Both the position numbers and the translations under genes were made by a program. The notes beneath the pieces were generated by a model. It was not told where the DNA came from. It was given only the letters and a program-made list of their open reading frames with translations, and made no database searches. This document shows, piece after piece, positions 22,835 to 33,903 of a DNA stretch of 44,343 bases (its first letter is position 1; every line of letters begins with the position of its first letter). Source of the stretch: Klebsormidium nitens (Eukaryota; Plantae; Klebsormidiophyceae); assembly GCA_000708835.1 (NCBI GenBank), contig DF237634.1, positions 1-44,343 on the forward strand, read 5' to 3'.

Positions 22835-24188
22835 GATTCTCTGACCTTGTGCTTGATACAAAAAGCAGAGATATCCGGTGTACAACGTGTTGAGTGATTG
22901 TACTACATATGCGCTATCCTCGAATCCGGTGTAAGACTGATTGAGTGGGAGCTAATTAAGGCAAAAGGCCAGAGAAACAGATTTGATTGTCAGGTGCGGC
23001 GGCACCGTTCGAAAATCTGAACTCGGAAGACGCGAAACCTCCAACGAAGTGAATATACATGCTTGCTATCTTCATTGCAGAGACCTTGAAATCAAATCAA
23101 AGATTTGAAAATAGTTGAGCACACACGATGAGTGCTGCAATTCTGTTCGTTAATTAAAAGTATTGACCCAATTTAAGTGCTGGTTTTGCCTGATTGAGGT
23201 AACAAATTTAAGTACGATATGTGTCAAAGTTTAGCGTCATTGACTGTGACCCATTCTGGTCGATCGCCAGATTAAACCTTACTTTGATTGTCCGAAAGAT
23301 CGAGCCAACCATTCAGGCAGTGCCGGCACCGACATTGATGATTACAAGTCGGAGTGAGTTCTGTTTCCGACCGTCAACCTGGCCCAAGCAGCACTGAGTG
23401 ACTTCACCTTCAATACCGCTGTAATTCATGTGTTGCACAGCATCCGATCTTTGGCCGCGCAGCTCTCAAAGTATAGCGGAGTCTGTACCCAGTTTGTGTC
23501 AGCTGCGCATGCCATGATGGGCTAGAGCCACGGAGCGATCATCCGACCATGATTAGTTGCCGCATGTGTTGCAAGTCAGGCGCTGCCTCCGAGCTCGGAG
23601 CCAGCTTCGTTTTGTCCGCATAATTTGGCAGATCGTTTTTACAAAGGCCAGCCAAGACGTCTGCATATTGAGTAACGTGGTGATGCTGTTAGCCAATAAT
23701 CGGGGCCAATGAACGGCTAAGCACGCAAAGAAGCCGGGCGGTTATAGTAGCATATAGCTTGCAATATTGCCGCGCAAATGCTTAAGTTAACACCCGCTCA
23801 GTAGAGCAGTTCCAGTGGCAACCAAGCTGATTGTATACCTCGAAAGCAGTGAGATATCAGTTCGTAAATTCCTACTGATTGCGATCTAGGAGTGACAATA
23901 TATGTCGTCCTTGCGCCGGGAGTATTTGCTGGCGCAGCGGCACCAGTTTGACGTGCCGCCTGTACTAAGTCTGTTCAATAATACAAATATCATAATCTAC
24001 CAAAGTGCTCACAAATAGTAAAACACTAGTAAAATAACGAACCGTTAAATGTTGCCCATCTGAAAATCTAGCAAGCTGTAAAATAGATTGAAGCCTAATC
24101 GATTCGAAAGCAATCGTACGATAGAGCCGGCCGCTAGCATGCTGGTCCCGACCATATATTTCAAAACAACAAAGCTGATGACAGCGAA

Positions 24189-26760
24189 TTAGTCCCTACG
24201 TGACTTGCACCTCCCACCTGCTGCTATAAACACGAGACCGCTCACGACCGACACGCCAGCAATGGCCCCTAACAGCGGCACCAGGAATCCGCCGCTGCTT
24301 CCAGACGCATTCACCCGGGGGGGGGACGACGTAATAGCTGGAGGGGGAGGGGGGGGCGGGGGAACAGAGGAAACGCTCAAGAGCATGTAGACGTTATTGC
24401 ACATGCCCTTGCCGAGGTTCTCCAACACCATAGTTTGCGCCGTAGCATTATAATTGAGCGTGATGCTGTGCGGAACTTGAGTCCAAACGCATCCGTCGAA
24501 GCCCGTAACGCTGTCCAGCTGTCGTGGCGTGCAATTGTTGTATTGAAATGCGGAGAGAGAGAACGAATCTACGCCCGCATCGCTTACGCCCCCGAACATA
24601 AGCGATCCGCTGTCGGGCCCATACGTCCGGTTCCCTTGCTTCAAAAACAGAAGGCCAGACGCAACGGGCACCGTTCGTTCCGTTGACAGGAGCTTCCGGC
24701 GAGAACCGCCCTCGCCGGAAACGGAAGGCGACGTGTTGACCGGGTGTATCTCCCCGGGGTAATAAGCGGCGAACCCGGTGACGCCCTCGGTACCCGACAC
24801 TGACGCCGCGTATCCACATACCCCCCCCATTTCCGTGCTTCCGGCGACCCCCTGAATGCTGGTCGCGTTGGCGGGATCCACCGTCACGGTACTGCTCGGC
24901 ACCACGACCTCCGCTTTCTTGAAGAGATACAACCCGTAGATGCCCCCCCAGTTCTCCGGGCGAAGTGCTGACGTGGCAGCCGTGTTCGAGACTGCGTCAT
25001 AGCGCGCGTAGAGCCCCGCGGGCGTCGCACGCCACGTGCACGCGCGCGCGGCGGCGCCGGTGGCCGCCTGCCACGCGTCGCTCGCTGAGCAGCCCATCGC
25101 TTGGGCGCCGGAGATCATGTAGACCGATCCGCTGGGCGCCGGGCCGGACACCGGAAACGCCAGCGTGCCGGAATCTGGCGCAAAGAACAGAGCGGAACCG
25201 GAACTATCCGCCGGGGTTTGCGTCAGAACGAGCGCCGAGGCCGCGACATACGAAGTCGCGGCCGCGCTGACGTCCGTAAACACTGCCGGGGGGGTGTTTC
25301 CGAAGTCGAAGGTGCTGACGGCAACGGGGGTTTTGATCGCGGGCGTGCTCGACCCCCCATCCAGGAAATCGAAGTTTCGCCCACGCGTTGAGATTGAAAT
25401 GACGATTGTACCGCTGCCGAGACTGCCGCTGCACGAGTCGTCGCATGGCGCGTGAGGGGGGGGCGGAACCGCTTGGAAAGGAGGGGGGGGGAGCGAAGGT
25501 GGAGGCTTTTGCGGAGGGGGCTGGTTTGGCGGCGGCTGTAAGGGGGGGCCCTGAATTTGCGACGACTCATCCGGAGGGTGTGCTAAAAGCGGAGGCGGCT
25601 GGTTTGGCGGAGAATGCGGGGGGGGGGGGTCCANNNNNNNNNNNNNNNNNNNNNNNNNNNNNNNNNNNNNNNNNNNNNNNNNNNNNNNNNNNNNNNNNNN
25701 NNNNNNNNNNNNNNNNNNNNNNNNNNNNNNNNNNNNNNNNNNNNNNNNNNNNNNNNNNNNNNNNNNNNNNNNNNNNNNNNNNNNNNNNNNNNNNNNNNNN
25801 NNNNNNNNNNNNNNNNNNNNNNNNNNNNNNNNNNNNNNNNNNNNNNNNNNNNNNNNNNNNNNNNNNNNNNNNNNNNNNNNNNNNNNNNNNNNNNNNNNNN
25901 NNNNNNNNNNNNNNNNNNNNNNNNNNNNNNNNNNNNNNNNNNNNNNNNNNNNNNNNNNNNNNNNNNNNNNNNNNNNNNNNNNNNNNNNNNNNNNNNNNNN
26001 NNNNNNNNNNNNNNNNNNNNNNNNNNNNNNNNNNNNNNNNNNNNNNNNNNNNNNNNNNNNNNNNNNNNNNNNNNNNNNNNNNNNNNNNNNNNNNNNNNNN
26101 NNNNNNNNNNNNNNNNNNNNNNNNNNNNNNNNNNNNNNNNNNNNNNNNNNNNNNNNNNNNNNNNNNNNNNNNNNNNNNNNNNNNNNNNNNNNNNNNNNNN
26201 NNNNNNNNNNNNNNNNNNNNNNNNNNNNNNNNNNNNNNNNNNNNNNNNNNNNNNNNNNNNNNNNGTCGGGTGGGGGTGGATTGATCGGAGGGGGCTGGTC
26301 AGGCGGAGGCAGACCGACAGGAGGGGGCTGGTCGGGGGGGGTGGATTGACCGGAGGGGGCTGGTCGGGTGGCGGCGGATTTTCTGGAGGAGGCAGGGCCG
26401 GGGGGGTTCACTCGGCGGCGGTTGGTTTAACGGAGGGGGATTGTCCGGAGGGGGTTGCTCGGGGGCGGGTTCGCCAGAGGGGGTGGTTGCAGCGGTGGAG
26501 GGGGGGATTTGGCGGAGGTTGGACCGGAGGGGGGGGGGCCTTTGGGGGGGGGGGGCAAAAGCGGGCACTGGTTGGCGACGAAGGTTGCGTAGTAAGGGAG
26601 AGCGTTGTTGACGCAACTTGATTTCGACACCTGGTTGCGAGAAGCAATTGCATGTGCTGCTCGCGCCCAACCCGCAGGGGCCGGTACTGCTCCCGCAGCC
26701 AGCTGTCATGCACAAATAAGTGGTGTTGTTGCATAAACATTCTTTGTACCGATTCTTTAT
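24189..26760 (-). CDS. Proline-rich (HRGP/extensin-like) type-I membrane surface glycoprotein; 3' part of a larger gene, model incomplete
   Basis: Layout from N- to C-terminus: Cys-rich segment (CLCNNTTYLCMTAGCG...CNC...SCVNN..YY..FVANQC); PPP(D/N)QPPP repeats spanning the N gap; about 350-aa S/T/G/A-rich globular region with an RRKLL motif and N-glycosylation sequons; P8 linker; TM helix FLVPLLGAIAGVSVVSGLVFIAAGG; basic tail RCKSRRD*. The frame switches several times at 26400-26630, mostly in G/C homopolymer runs. Confidence 0.7.
25634..26264. other. Assembly gap (631 N) inside the Pro-rich repeat
   Basis: Run of N flanked by G-rich low-complexity sequence. Confidence 1.
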
Positions 26761-27209
26761 ACTCTTTTAGGTACCAACTCCAGTCATCTCTGCGAGCGCC
26801 GTCTCTATAGCTAAGTCTCGATGCGAAGTGGTTTCTGTGTTTTCTGGATCAACTACGCCAACGAGATCATATTCGTAGTTGATCAAGCGTTTCAATCTTT
26901 CGTCAAAGAGCACGTCTGTCAAGCGCACATTCGGCTTCAAAAACAAGAAATCCTTCTTGGTCAAACGAAAATGGAATTTCGTGATTCGGCTTTGCTAGAA
27001 TTCTAGTGATGACCAGGCTTTGAAACAGAAACTCTAGCGACCCATGGCTAGCAAGTTTTCAACTAGACAAGTTACCGAAGGTACGCTATTTCAAAAGCGC
27101 TTCCTTCAACATAGATACAAGAAACCCGTGTCATCATGCTAGTGAGTTTCGATTGCGCGGCGTATCTTTTGAGCCTTGACGCGTGGAGCATACTCGAGTC
27201 TATATTGCA

Positions 27210-27977
27210 ACCCAAAGCTTTTGAACGCTCTTTTGCAAGGAAAGTGAGGACTTGTGACAGGAACGGATTCGCTTTTAAGAACCAAAGCGTTTTCGCCAAA
27301 GACTTCCTTACACGAGCATCCAATCGCGGACCTGCGTTCAGAAACCCCCAGCACCTCAAGGAGGGGCGGTCACTCTCTCAGAGGCGGAATATAGGCGTGT
27401 CTGTTCCTTCAAAGCGAAGACCCTATTCCAAAACAGGTCTCGGCCATTTTCGGACCCCTATTCGTAAAACGAGGAACTTTTCATTTTGCTACTTATATTC
27501 TTCCGCACTTCGAATACGGCCCCTATCAGACAGATTGCATTTCTCTGCTGTGATATTGAAGGACATATATCAAGATCACAAGAAAAGAGAAGGTCAGATG
27601 GTGGTTAAGTTGCTACCTGGGCTCCAAGAAGCTGTCACGACAGAGGCCCAATGATAGTTACAAGTGTCTGCCACGAATCCCTTGGTTCTTTCTGACCCAT
27701 TTTGCATAACCAGCCAGCATTTTCATAGCCCTTTGCCCAAAACCAACGTTTTGGCCTGGCCAACGAATGCATACCGTTTGATCGACGCGGCTCTCTTCCA
27801 TATATCCCCTCCCCAAGTGGAGAGTGACCGCCCCTCCCACCTCAACAAGCTCTGGACGCACTCGCACGAATCGACTTGTGGGACAACGGATTCGCTTTTA
27901 ATATCCACAGCGGTTCCTTGGCAGGTCTCGTTGAGTATCGATCCAAACGCAGACTCACTTTCAGAAACCCCCAGCAC
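27210..27977. repeat. Diverged 137-bp-period tandem duplication (copies about 27210-27357 and 27842-27977) split by the MITE
   Basis: Shared blocks gacttgtg, aacggattcgcttttaa and ttcagaaacccccagcac. Spacing is 623 nt, or 137 nt after removing the element plus one TSD. Mismatches are spread evenly over codon positions, suggesting non-coding divergence. Confidence 0.8.
27360..27837. mobile_element. MITE-like non-autonomous DNA transposon, 478 bp, 18-bp TIR, 8-bp TSD
   Basis: TIR GGAGGGGCGGTCACTCTC (27360-27377) has a perfect reverse complement at 27820-27837, with a degenerate extension inward. The identical flanking 8-mer CACCTCAA lies at 27352-27359 and 27838-27845. Internal ccctat(t/c) motifs occur three times at about 27420-27530. 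No coding capacity. Confidence 0.9.
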
Positions 27978-28145
27978 CCCATTATAAAAAGCCGAGGTTG
28001 AGGCGTGAACCAGGAGTCCGAGGTCCGTGGTTGTCGAGAAGGCACCGGCGTAACCCGTCAAGTTACGGGTCGAGGTAACCCCCCCCTGGGTCACCGAAAC
28101 GGTGCGAGCCAACACACTTGAAGTAACTGTAGAATTGCTGAGTAG
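27959..28145 (-). CDS. Probable upstream exon of the Pro-rich surface glycoprotein gene
   Basis: ctaac branch site and gatgcag acceptor at 28146-28148; strong donor AAA|gtgagt at 27958. The 187-nt exon reads LLSNSTVTSSVLARTVSVTQGGVTSTRNLTGYAGAFSTTTDLGLLVHASTSAFYNGVLGVSE, which is S/T-rich with NxS/T sequons. Linkage to 24189-26760 is inferred. Confidence 0.5.
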
Positions 28146-28899
28146 CTGCATCACGGGAATCATTTTTTGGGTTAGTATCAACGATCGATGACATCCCATT
28201 GTTGAGAGGTCATCGAGATCGAGATCAAGCGAGAAGGGCAACTGAAGGGTTCCAAGTCAGGAAGCAGTCTCTTCGGAGAGTTTGACAGCCTGGCAACTTC
28301 AGACTTCGTGTGGTCTAGCACCGCCCACGTAACTCATCAAGCAGCACATAGTAGCCAGAGAAAGGCCGCTCGCCGTTCATACTGTGCAAGTTTACAAGAG
28401 GCGAGGGTGCAAAGAGGTCGCCTCCAATCTTGACGGCGCACTTCTGTTCAGCCGTTGTCTCCGATGCTCGTGATTCGTTCTTGAGCGCGCTCTCTCCAAG
28501 TGGCAACCTGCTTGGGAAGAAGCGGCTGGCCAGAAGGCTAAAGTACGGGCGTGGCTGACTCATGCCGCGTGGCGCCTTCCGATGTTGTCGAGCTAAATAC
28601 GAGGCCACTGACTGTTGGCTACGCGCCCAGGGGCGCCTAAATCAGCGTTGGATGCCTTCACAGCACATACCCACGTATACGCCATTATCCCTAAATGTAA
28701 GCTGTAGTGGTTTTGATTCAAAGATTCTGACTTAAGTAAGCTGGTGCATGCATATGGATCAACCGCCTCTGACTTTGTTATTGGCGGCGAGTACATCAAG
28801 TATAGCAAACATCAAGGCAGTATCTGTTTTACAATGCGGCAGGGACGAGAGCACTCCCGTTGGGCAGATCACGCGCTCATCACGTAATCATGAAGGTCA

Positions 28900-31800
28900 C
28901 GGATGCTGCAAAAGTCTGTTGATTGAATCGTCAGACTAGTCTTGTTCGGGCAGCACCAGGATCTTTGCCGCACTCATACATACACTGTGAGCGCGATCCA
29001 GATTCAATTATCCGAACGTCAGTGACTCTTGCTTTTAATTTCGGGCCCCGGTTGAGCAAAGCGCCCGGTGTTCCACGCGTCTTCAAATGCTCAAGTGGAG
29101 GTGCTTCATTGTCTGAGTTTGGCACTCAAGTTTCGTGTACTTCGACAAATCAGGCAACTTCGAACTTCCAGCCGGCCGGCGTCCACCACTTTTTCGGCAG
29201 TTGCTCTAAGCCTCAAACGTCTTTTGAATTCTCCAAATCATTCGTGAGGTTCCCTGATGCGATGAAGCCTCCTGGCTGTGCTAAACTTGAAAGTAAGTAG
29301 CGGGCAAGGAAAGCAACCCTTAGCATTGGACCTGTACATCCATGGAGATCAGAGCAACAATTGCGAAGTCGTTCTGCTCATTGTGGATCGTTCTCGTTCG
29401 AAATTGGCAGGGACGACAAGAATCGGTGATGGGCAGCAAAATTCTGCTCAGACAACCTTGTCCATTCTAGTCTGACGCCGTGCCACTCTGCCTTCTTGCA
29501 CACGCTTGTCGAAGCGAGCGACCTTTCTGCGGTTTTGAGACGCCTTTGCGGCTTTCAAGTGCCTTTATGAACCAGTAACACCGAAACTCAAGCTTACTGC
29601 TTTTGAGTTTGCAAATGTATCGATGGATCTGTGGTAAGCATAGAACGTTAAAAATGGTCGCGGGCTGAGACCATGACCGCCAGTTCGAGTGCCACTCAAC
29701 AGCTTCAGAAAGCGCATCTTTCGTGAATTTCCGAGTGCCTTGGAAGATATCCGGACGTCCTGAGAGGGCACGAATACCGCACAGTTGCATCCTCTTTGGG
29801 TTTTGATGTGCTTTCCAACGTTTATCTGAGAAATTTTGCCTTTATGCAGGCAGCATACGTACGGGTCTTTTTCAGTCTCGTATTTGCTTCAGCGCGTTTC
29901 TCGTGGTCGCTTTTTTGGGGGGATAGAGCCAGATTCATCGTACTTATCCCCTAACACGAAAGCCAGTCCTGCACGTGAAGCTGACGAACCGGGCTCCTGT
30001 GCTGACCGGGCTCCTGTGCTGACGCTACAAGTGGACCCGCAGGTGAAGCTGAGACTCTCCATGGCAGTGAATCAATGGTTTCGTGTTGAACACATCTGGC
30101 CGGCGAGGATTAAGGGACAAAGTGGGCTTCAAAAGCGCAATGAAGTATTCCTTGTCTTTCATTGACGCCAGCGGCCGGGTCTATCACGGTTGATATTGAC
30201 ATATATATAGAGTGAACGTCGCTCAATCTAGAGAGGTCAGCTTTTATCGACCGGCGCAACCTCCGTCGGTTCTAGTCCTGTCATTACGTAGAAGCTTCTG
30301 TAAAGGTATTTCTCCGAAGACTGTTATCGAAGGCCCTTTCGGTAGCTTCAAATTAGCCTCGTCCTCTGCAGTAATCATTCACATCAACCTGGGTAGCCTT
30401 TGAGGACTTAGCTCGCAACGTTTTGCTAGCGGGTCGTAGACCATCTTCGCCCACCCTGCGTTTCGTCCGCATATGGCGTTTCATTTGAAGACTAGTACTA
30501 CAAGGTTTCAAGCGAGGAACTATCTATCCTTTGCGGACTTGAGGAAGAAGCTTAACCAGGCGAGGATGTCTACGGCACCCCTGGGTCGGTACTGCCCAGA
30601 TAAAGGTCCCTGATGCCGCTATCTCAAATGATCTTGCGATCTGGTTGGCCACTCGTCTTAAGCGCAGCTTGCTTCGCATCGGTTCGCTTCAATTGTGGCC
30701 TCTTTCATCATATCTGCTCCGACTAGCTTCTTCAAGGCGGCAGCGCAGCTTTCCTTACCAAAGCACACATACGGAGTCAATCTCATGAGACGGCTGATCT
30801 GAGCATTATGCTTAAGTCTCCGTTTTGTCGAGTGAAAAATGAGACGAGATTGTGGCTCCTCTGACATAATGGCGCGACATGCTGTACGACGCCACTTTCG
30901 ATTGTTTGGCATGTGCCCAGATTCCGTTGCGGTCCGGGTTTTGGACAGAATTTATTTGCTTTAAGCATATCGTTGATGCCCGCTAATTCTTGCGAGGACC
31001 AGTGAACTACACTGCACGCAGGCGTCATGACTACCCAACTTATGGAGGATCTAATAGATTGATCCATGACGTGTTTCTTAAAAATATCCTTGTAACTGGA
31101 GGAGCTCTTGGACCCAGAGGAGTCAGCGGCTCGACTTCCTGATAGACCAGCTTCCCTTGTTTTCCGTATCTGCAAAACAGGGGCGCACGATTTAGCAGAG
31201 ACAAAGAGGTGCTAGGTTCGCCAAAAGGAAAGCTCGTGGGTCAAATAAAGCTCTTACTGTTTCCAACCGATAACCTTCTGTGCGCCTGTGACGACCAGTA
31301 CATTGTTAAGCTGTCCGCCCACTGTTTCTTGGATTCTAAAGTCATATGCTACGGCCACGGTACTTACAAACTGTGTATGCCCTTCCGGCAAGGAAAGAAA
31401 CGGCTGGGTTTCCCCATTGATTGACGCGTGTCTGGCCAGCTATCCGATGCCACCTCGACTCATCGTACCGTTTCCAAAACATAACACGTGTATCCTAGTG
31501 GGAACGTATCAACTTGATTGGATCGATCTCTTCGCCGTGGTGCCTGACGTCGTCTTACAAGAGGGCGGCGCGATTTCGGGATCGAACCCGTTTTAGCTGC
31601 CAGCGGCGCGACGAGCGGTGCGTGTTTCATCATCGCTGAGCTATCATTTCGCTGAGCTTGTAATAGCTGAGCTATTTCTGTGGCCGAACTTCCTCGTGCT
31701 CGGGGCCCAATCAATGTCTACTGTTTGACATATCGCTTTTTGTTGACCGGCGTGGGGTCGTGTCCCTCAAGAGCTTAAGCTGCAAAAGTGGCCGACCGGG

Positions 31801-33200
31801 CTTGGCATCAGAGCGACAATTGAACAATCATCGATAACGTTGGCAAGGATGCGAGTCGCCGGCCATGATCTGCAGTAGATCAAGGATTGGTTGGTTGATT
31901 ACTGAAGCCAACACATCGCCCTTCAGAACGGAGTCTGAGGGACTAGTCGAGGGGCGGCACCCAAGTTCTTTTGGTCGATCTATCCGAGGCTGGTCTTTAT
32001 CTTCCTGATAACGCATGGCAATAGCTGCTGATAAACAGTATTTGCCAGTAGACGCGAGGGTGTCAACACCGATCCCGGAAGTGTCAGCCCTCACAAAGGA
32101 CTCTTTCTATCTTTCGGCCGTCAGTTTTCTCAGGACCCCGCCACAGAAATGCCAAAGAAAGCTGCAGATCGCGATATCAGAGCAAGGCAAAGATGTCTAC
32201 AAAAGCCTCCGGCTAATCCACGTACAGGAGATGTTTTTGCATGATTGATTTGATGCCGCTCGTATTTGATGGCAATGGAGAATTGATCGCTTTCTTCGGG
32301 CTTCTCTAAGACGTCCATCTTCCACCTACACCTCTATGGTGCCCAGTTCCATGAGCAGTTTACATCATACAAGTCTGGACCTGTAAAGGATCTCTCAGTA
32401 AGAGCCTCTACATCCTTATCGCTTCGATTTATGCCGCGAGAGTTTGTATGATCTTTATCATTGATTGCAGCTTTCGGCGCCGGTCGAATTGGCGCAACTT
32501 GTGCCTTGTCCTCCTTAAGTCGCACCAATATCTTTGCACTCCTTACAAGAATCTTCGCAACTTGTAACGGTGTGCTTCGATACCCGATATGAGTGTTCCT
32601 GATTTCAAGTATTCGCTCTTTTCCGCCACCTTCCAGCAACCAAGCACCTCGAAGTTTTTGGGGATACACGAAAAGAATAGATCTGTCTGCGCAAATGCTT
32701 GCGCTGGCTGGCAAAGATGACCGCCGCAACCTGACTGCCGCCGCTCCAGAAGCCTTTCAAGAGTTCCATCGAAGCTTCATTAAATCGGCAAGTTAGTCGT
32801 CCACTGACCTCTGGGCTTGCGGATTCGCAGATGCGTGTTCGTTTGTCGTGACGGCACAGAATCTGTGCAGACTGTCTCCCTTTACCAGCTTAGCTGTCGA
32901 TCATACACCTCGAGAACCTTTGGAAGACCTTCCGGCCCTCAAGAAGTGTCAGCTAATAAGCGGGCGAGCTTTTGTTCAGCACTGAGCAGCAAACAATGAA
33001 TGCGAAAGGGCTCCAGCGTTTCGGCCCTATCTACTTTTCAGTGGGCAGAAGTTGGTCAAGAACAAATATTCATGCACGCTTTGTTGAAAAGGCAGCTAGC
33101 CTCCTCGTCACGCAGTTATGTAACCTTCCCGCCCTCTCTCAGGCGGTTTCCTACTCCCCTGTGGTTCTCGTTTTTACTTAACCACACAGAATAGCAGAAG
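28900..33200. mobile_element. Decayed sequence with faint Ty3/Gypsy-like traces
   Basis: Plus strand: LALDLY..QSNNCEVVLLIVDRSRSKLA (29315-29410) and, frameshifted, RSERP..LRLSSAF (about 29510-29560) resemble the integrase core. A PBS-like tggcatcagagc lies at 31803-31814. RT-like fragments near 32670-32990 have non-canonical spacing. No LTR pair was found. Confidence 0.25.
29988..30023 (+). repeat. 17-bp tandem repeat (x2)
   Basis: accgggctcctgtgctg accgggctcctgtgctg ac. Confidence 0.85.
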
Positions 33201-33903
33201 AAGCTTACGCGCGCCGGCGCGCGCCCGCGAAGCTTGCGCAGGAGTCAACACTCGAGCCTCATTTGGGAGAAGGTTAGTCGGCAAGGGATCTTCATCAGGC
33301 TTGATTTGCTCCGCCATCTTTCGTTTGAACACTCGACATTCGCGAATAGCTTATAATGACAGGCCCACGAGTCGCATGAACATGTACACTCAAGCCGTCA
33401 TGCTGACATAATAACATGGAGGCGACGATCAGAAGAGACTGTGATATCCTCTTTGGAGCTTGAAGAAGTCATATCTGCGGCCTACTTCAAGTTGTCTTTA
33501 CAAGTACTCTGTCTCACACAAGCGGAATGAGTTCGGTTACTCTAGGAGTGTTCCTCAGACATTGAACCTGCCTACTAGTTCCGTCTAAGATCAGGGTTGA
33601 TCAACTCAACCCGAGCTACGCCCCTCTCATTACACCTATCTGCGGTCTACCTAACAGAGCTACATGGTGAGGTTCAAATCCGAGTCAGTCAGCTCCAAAC
33701 ATGCAGCCGGAGTCTTCGCTCAAACAACCCTGTTTCAAACTCTCCTACGAAAAAAGGTACTGCATCTTCCCACCACGACGGCGGCCGCCAAAAATTTTGC
33801 AGTCAAAATGATGGCTGTTCTCTGCTTTAACACTTCTGCCCACTCCACAGCCTCACACTTTCCACACCGTTTCTCTAAGCGTCACGGACACACTTCCAAA
33901 TCT

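Noticed and set aside
23582-23605. Near-perfect 24-bp palindrome gctg-c-ctccgagctcggag-c-cagc
   Set aside because: Isolated, with no associated element or repeat family; function cannot be supported.
25406-26621. Long plus-strand ORFs across the N run
   Set aside because: Artefacts of translating N and the antisense of the Pro-rich repeat.
33208-33223. 16-bp GC palindrome cgcgcgccggcgcgcg as a Helitron hairpin
   Set aside because: Low complexity and not followed by CTRR.
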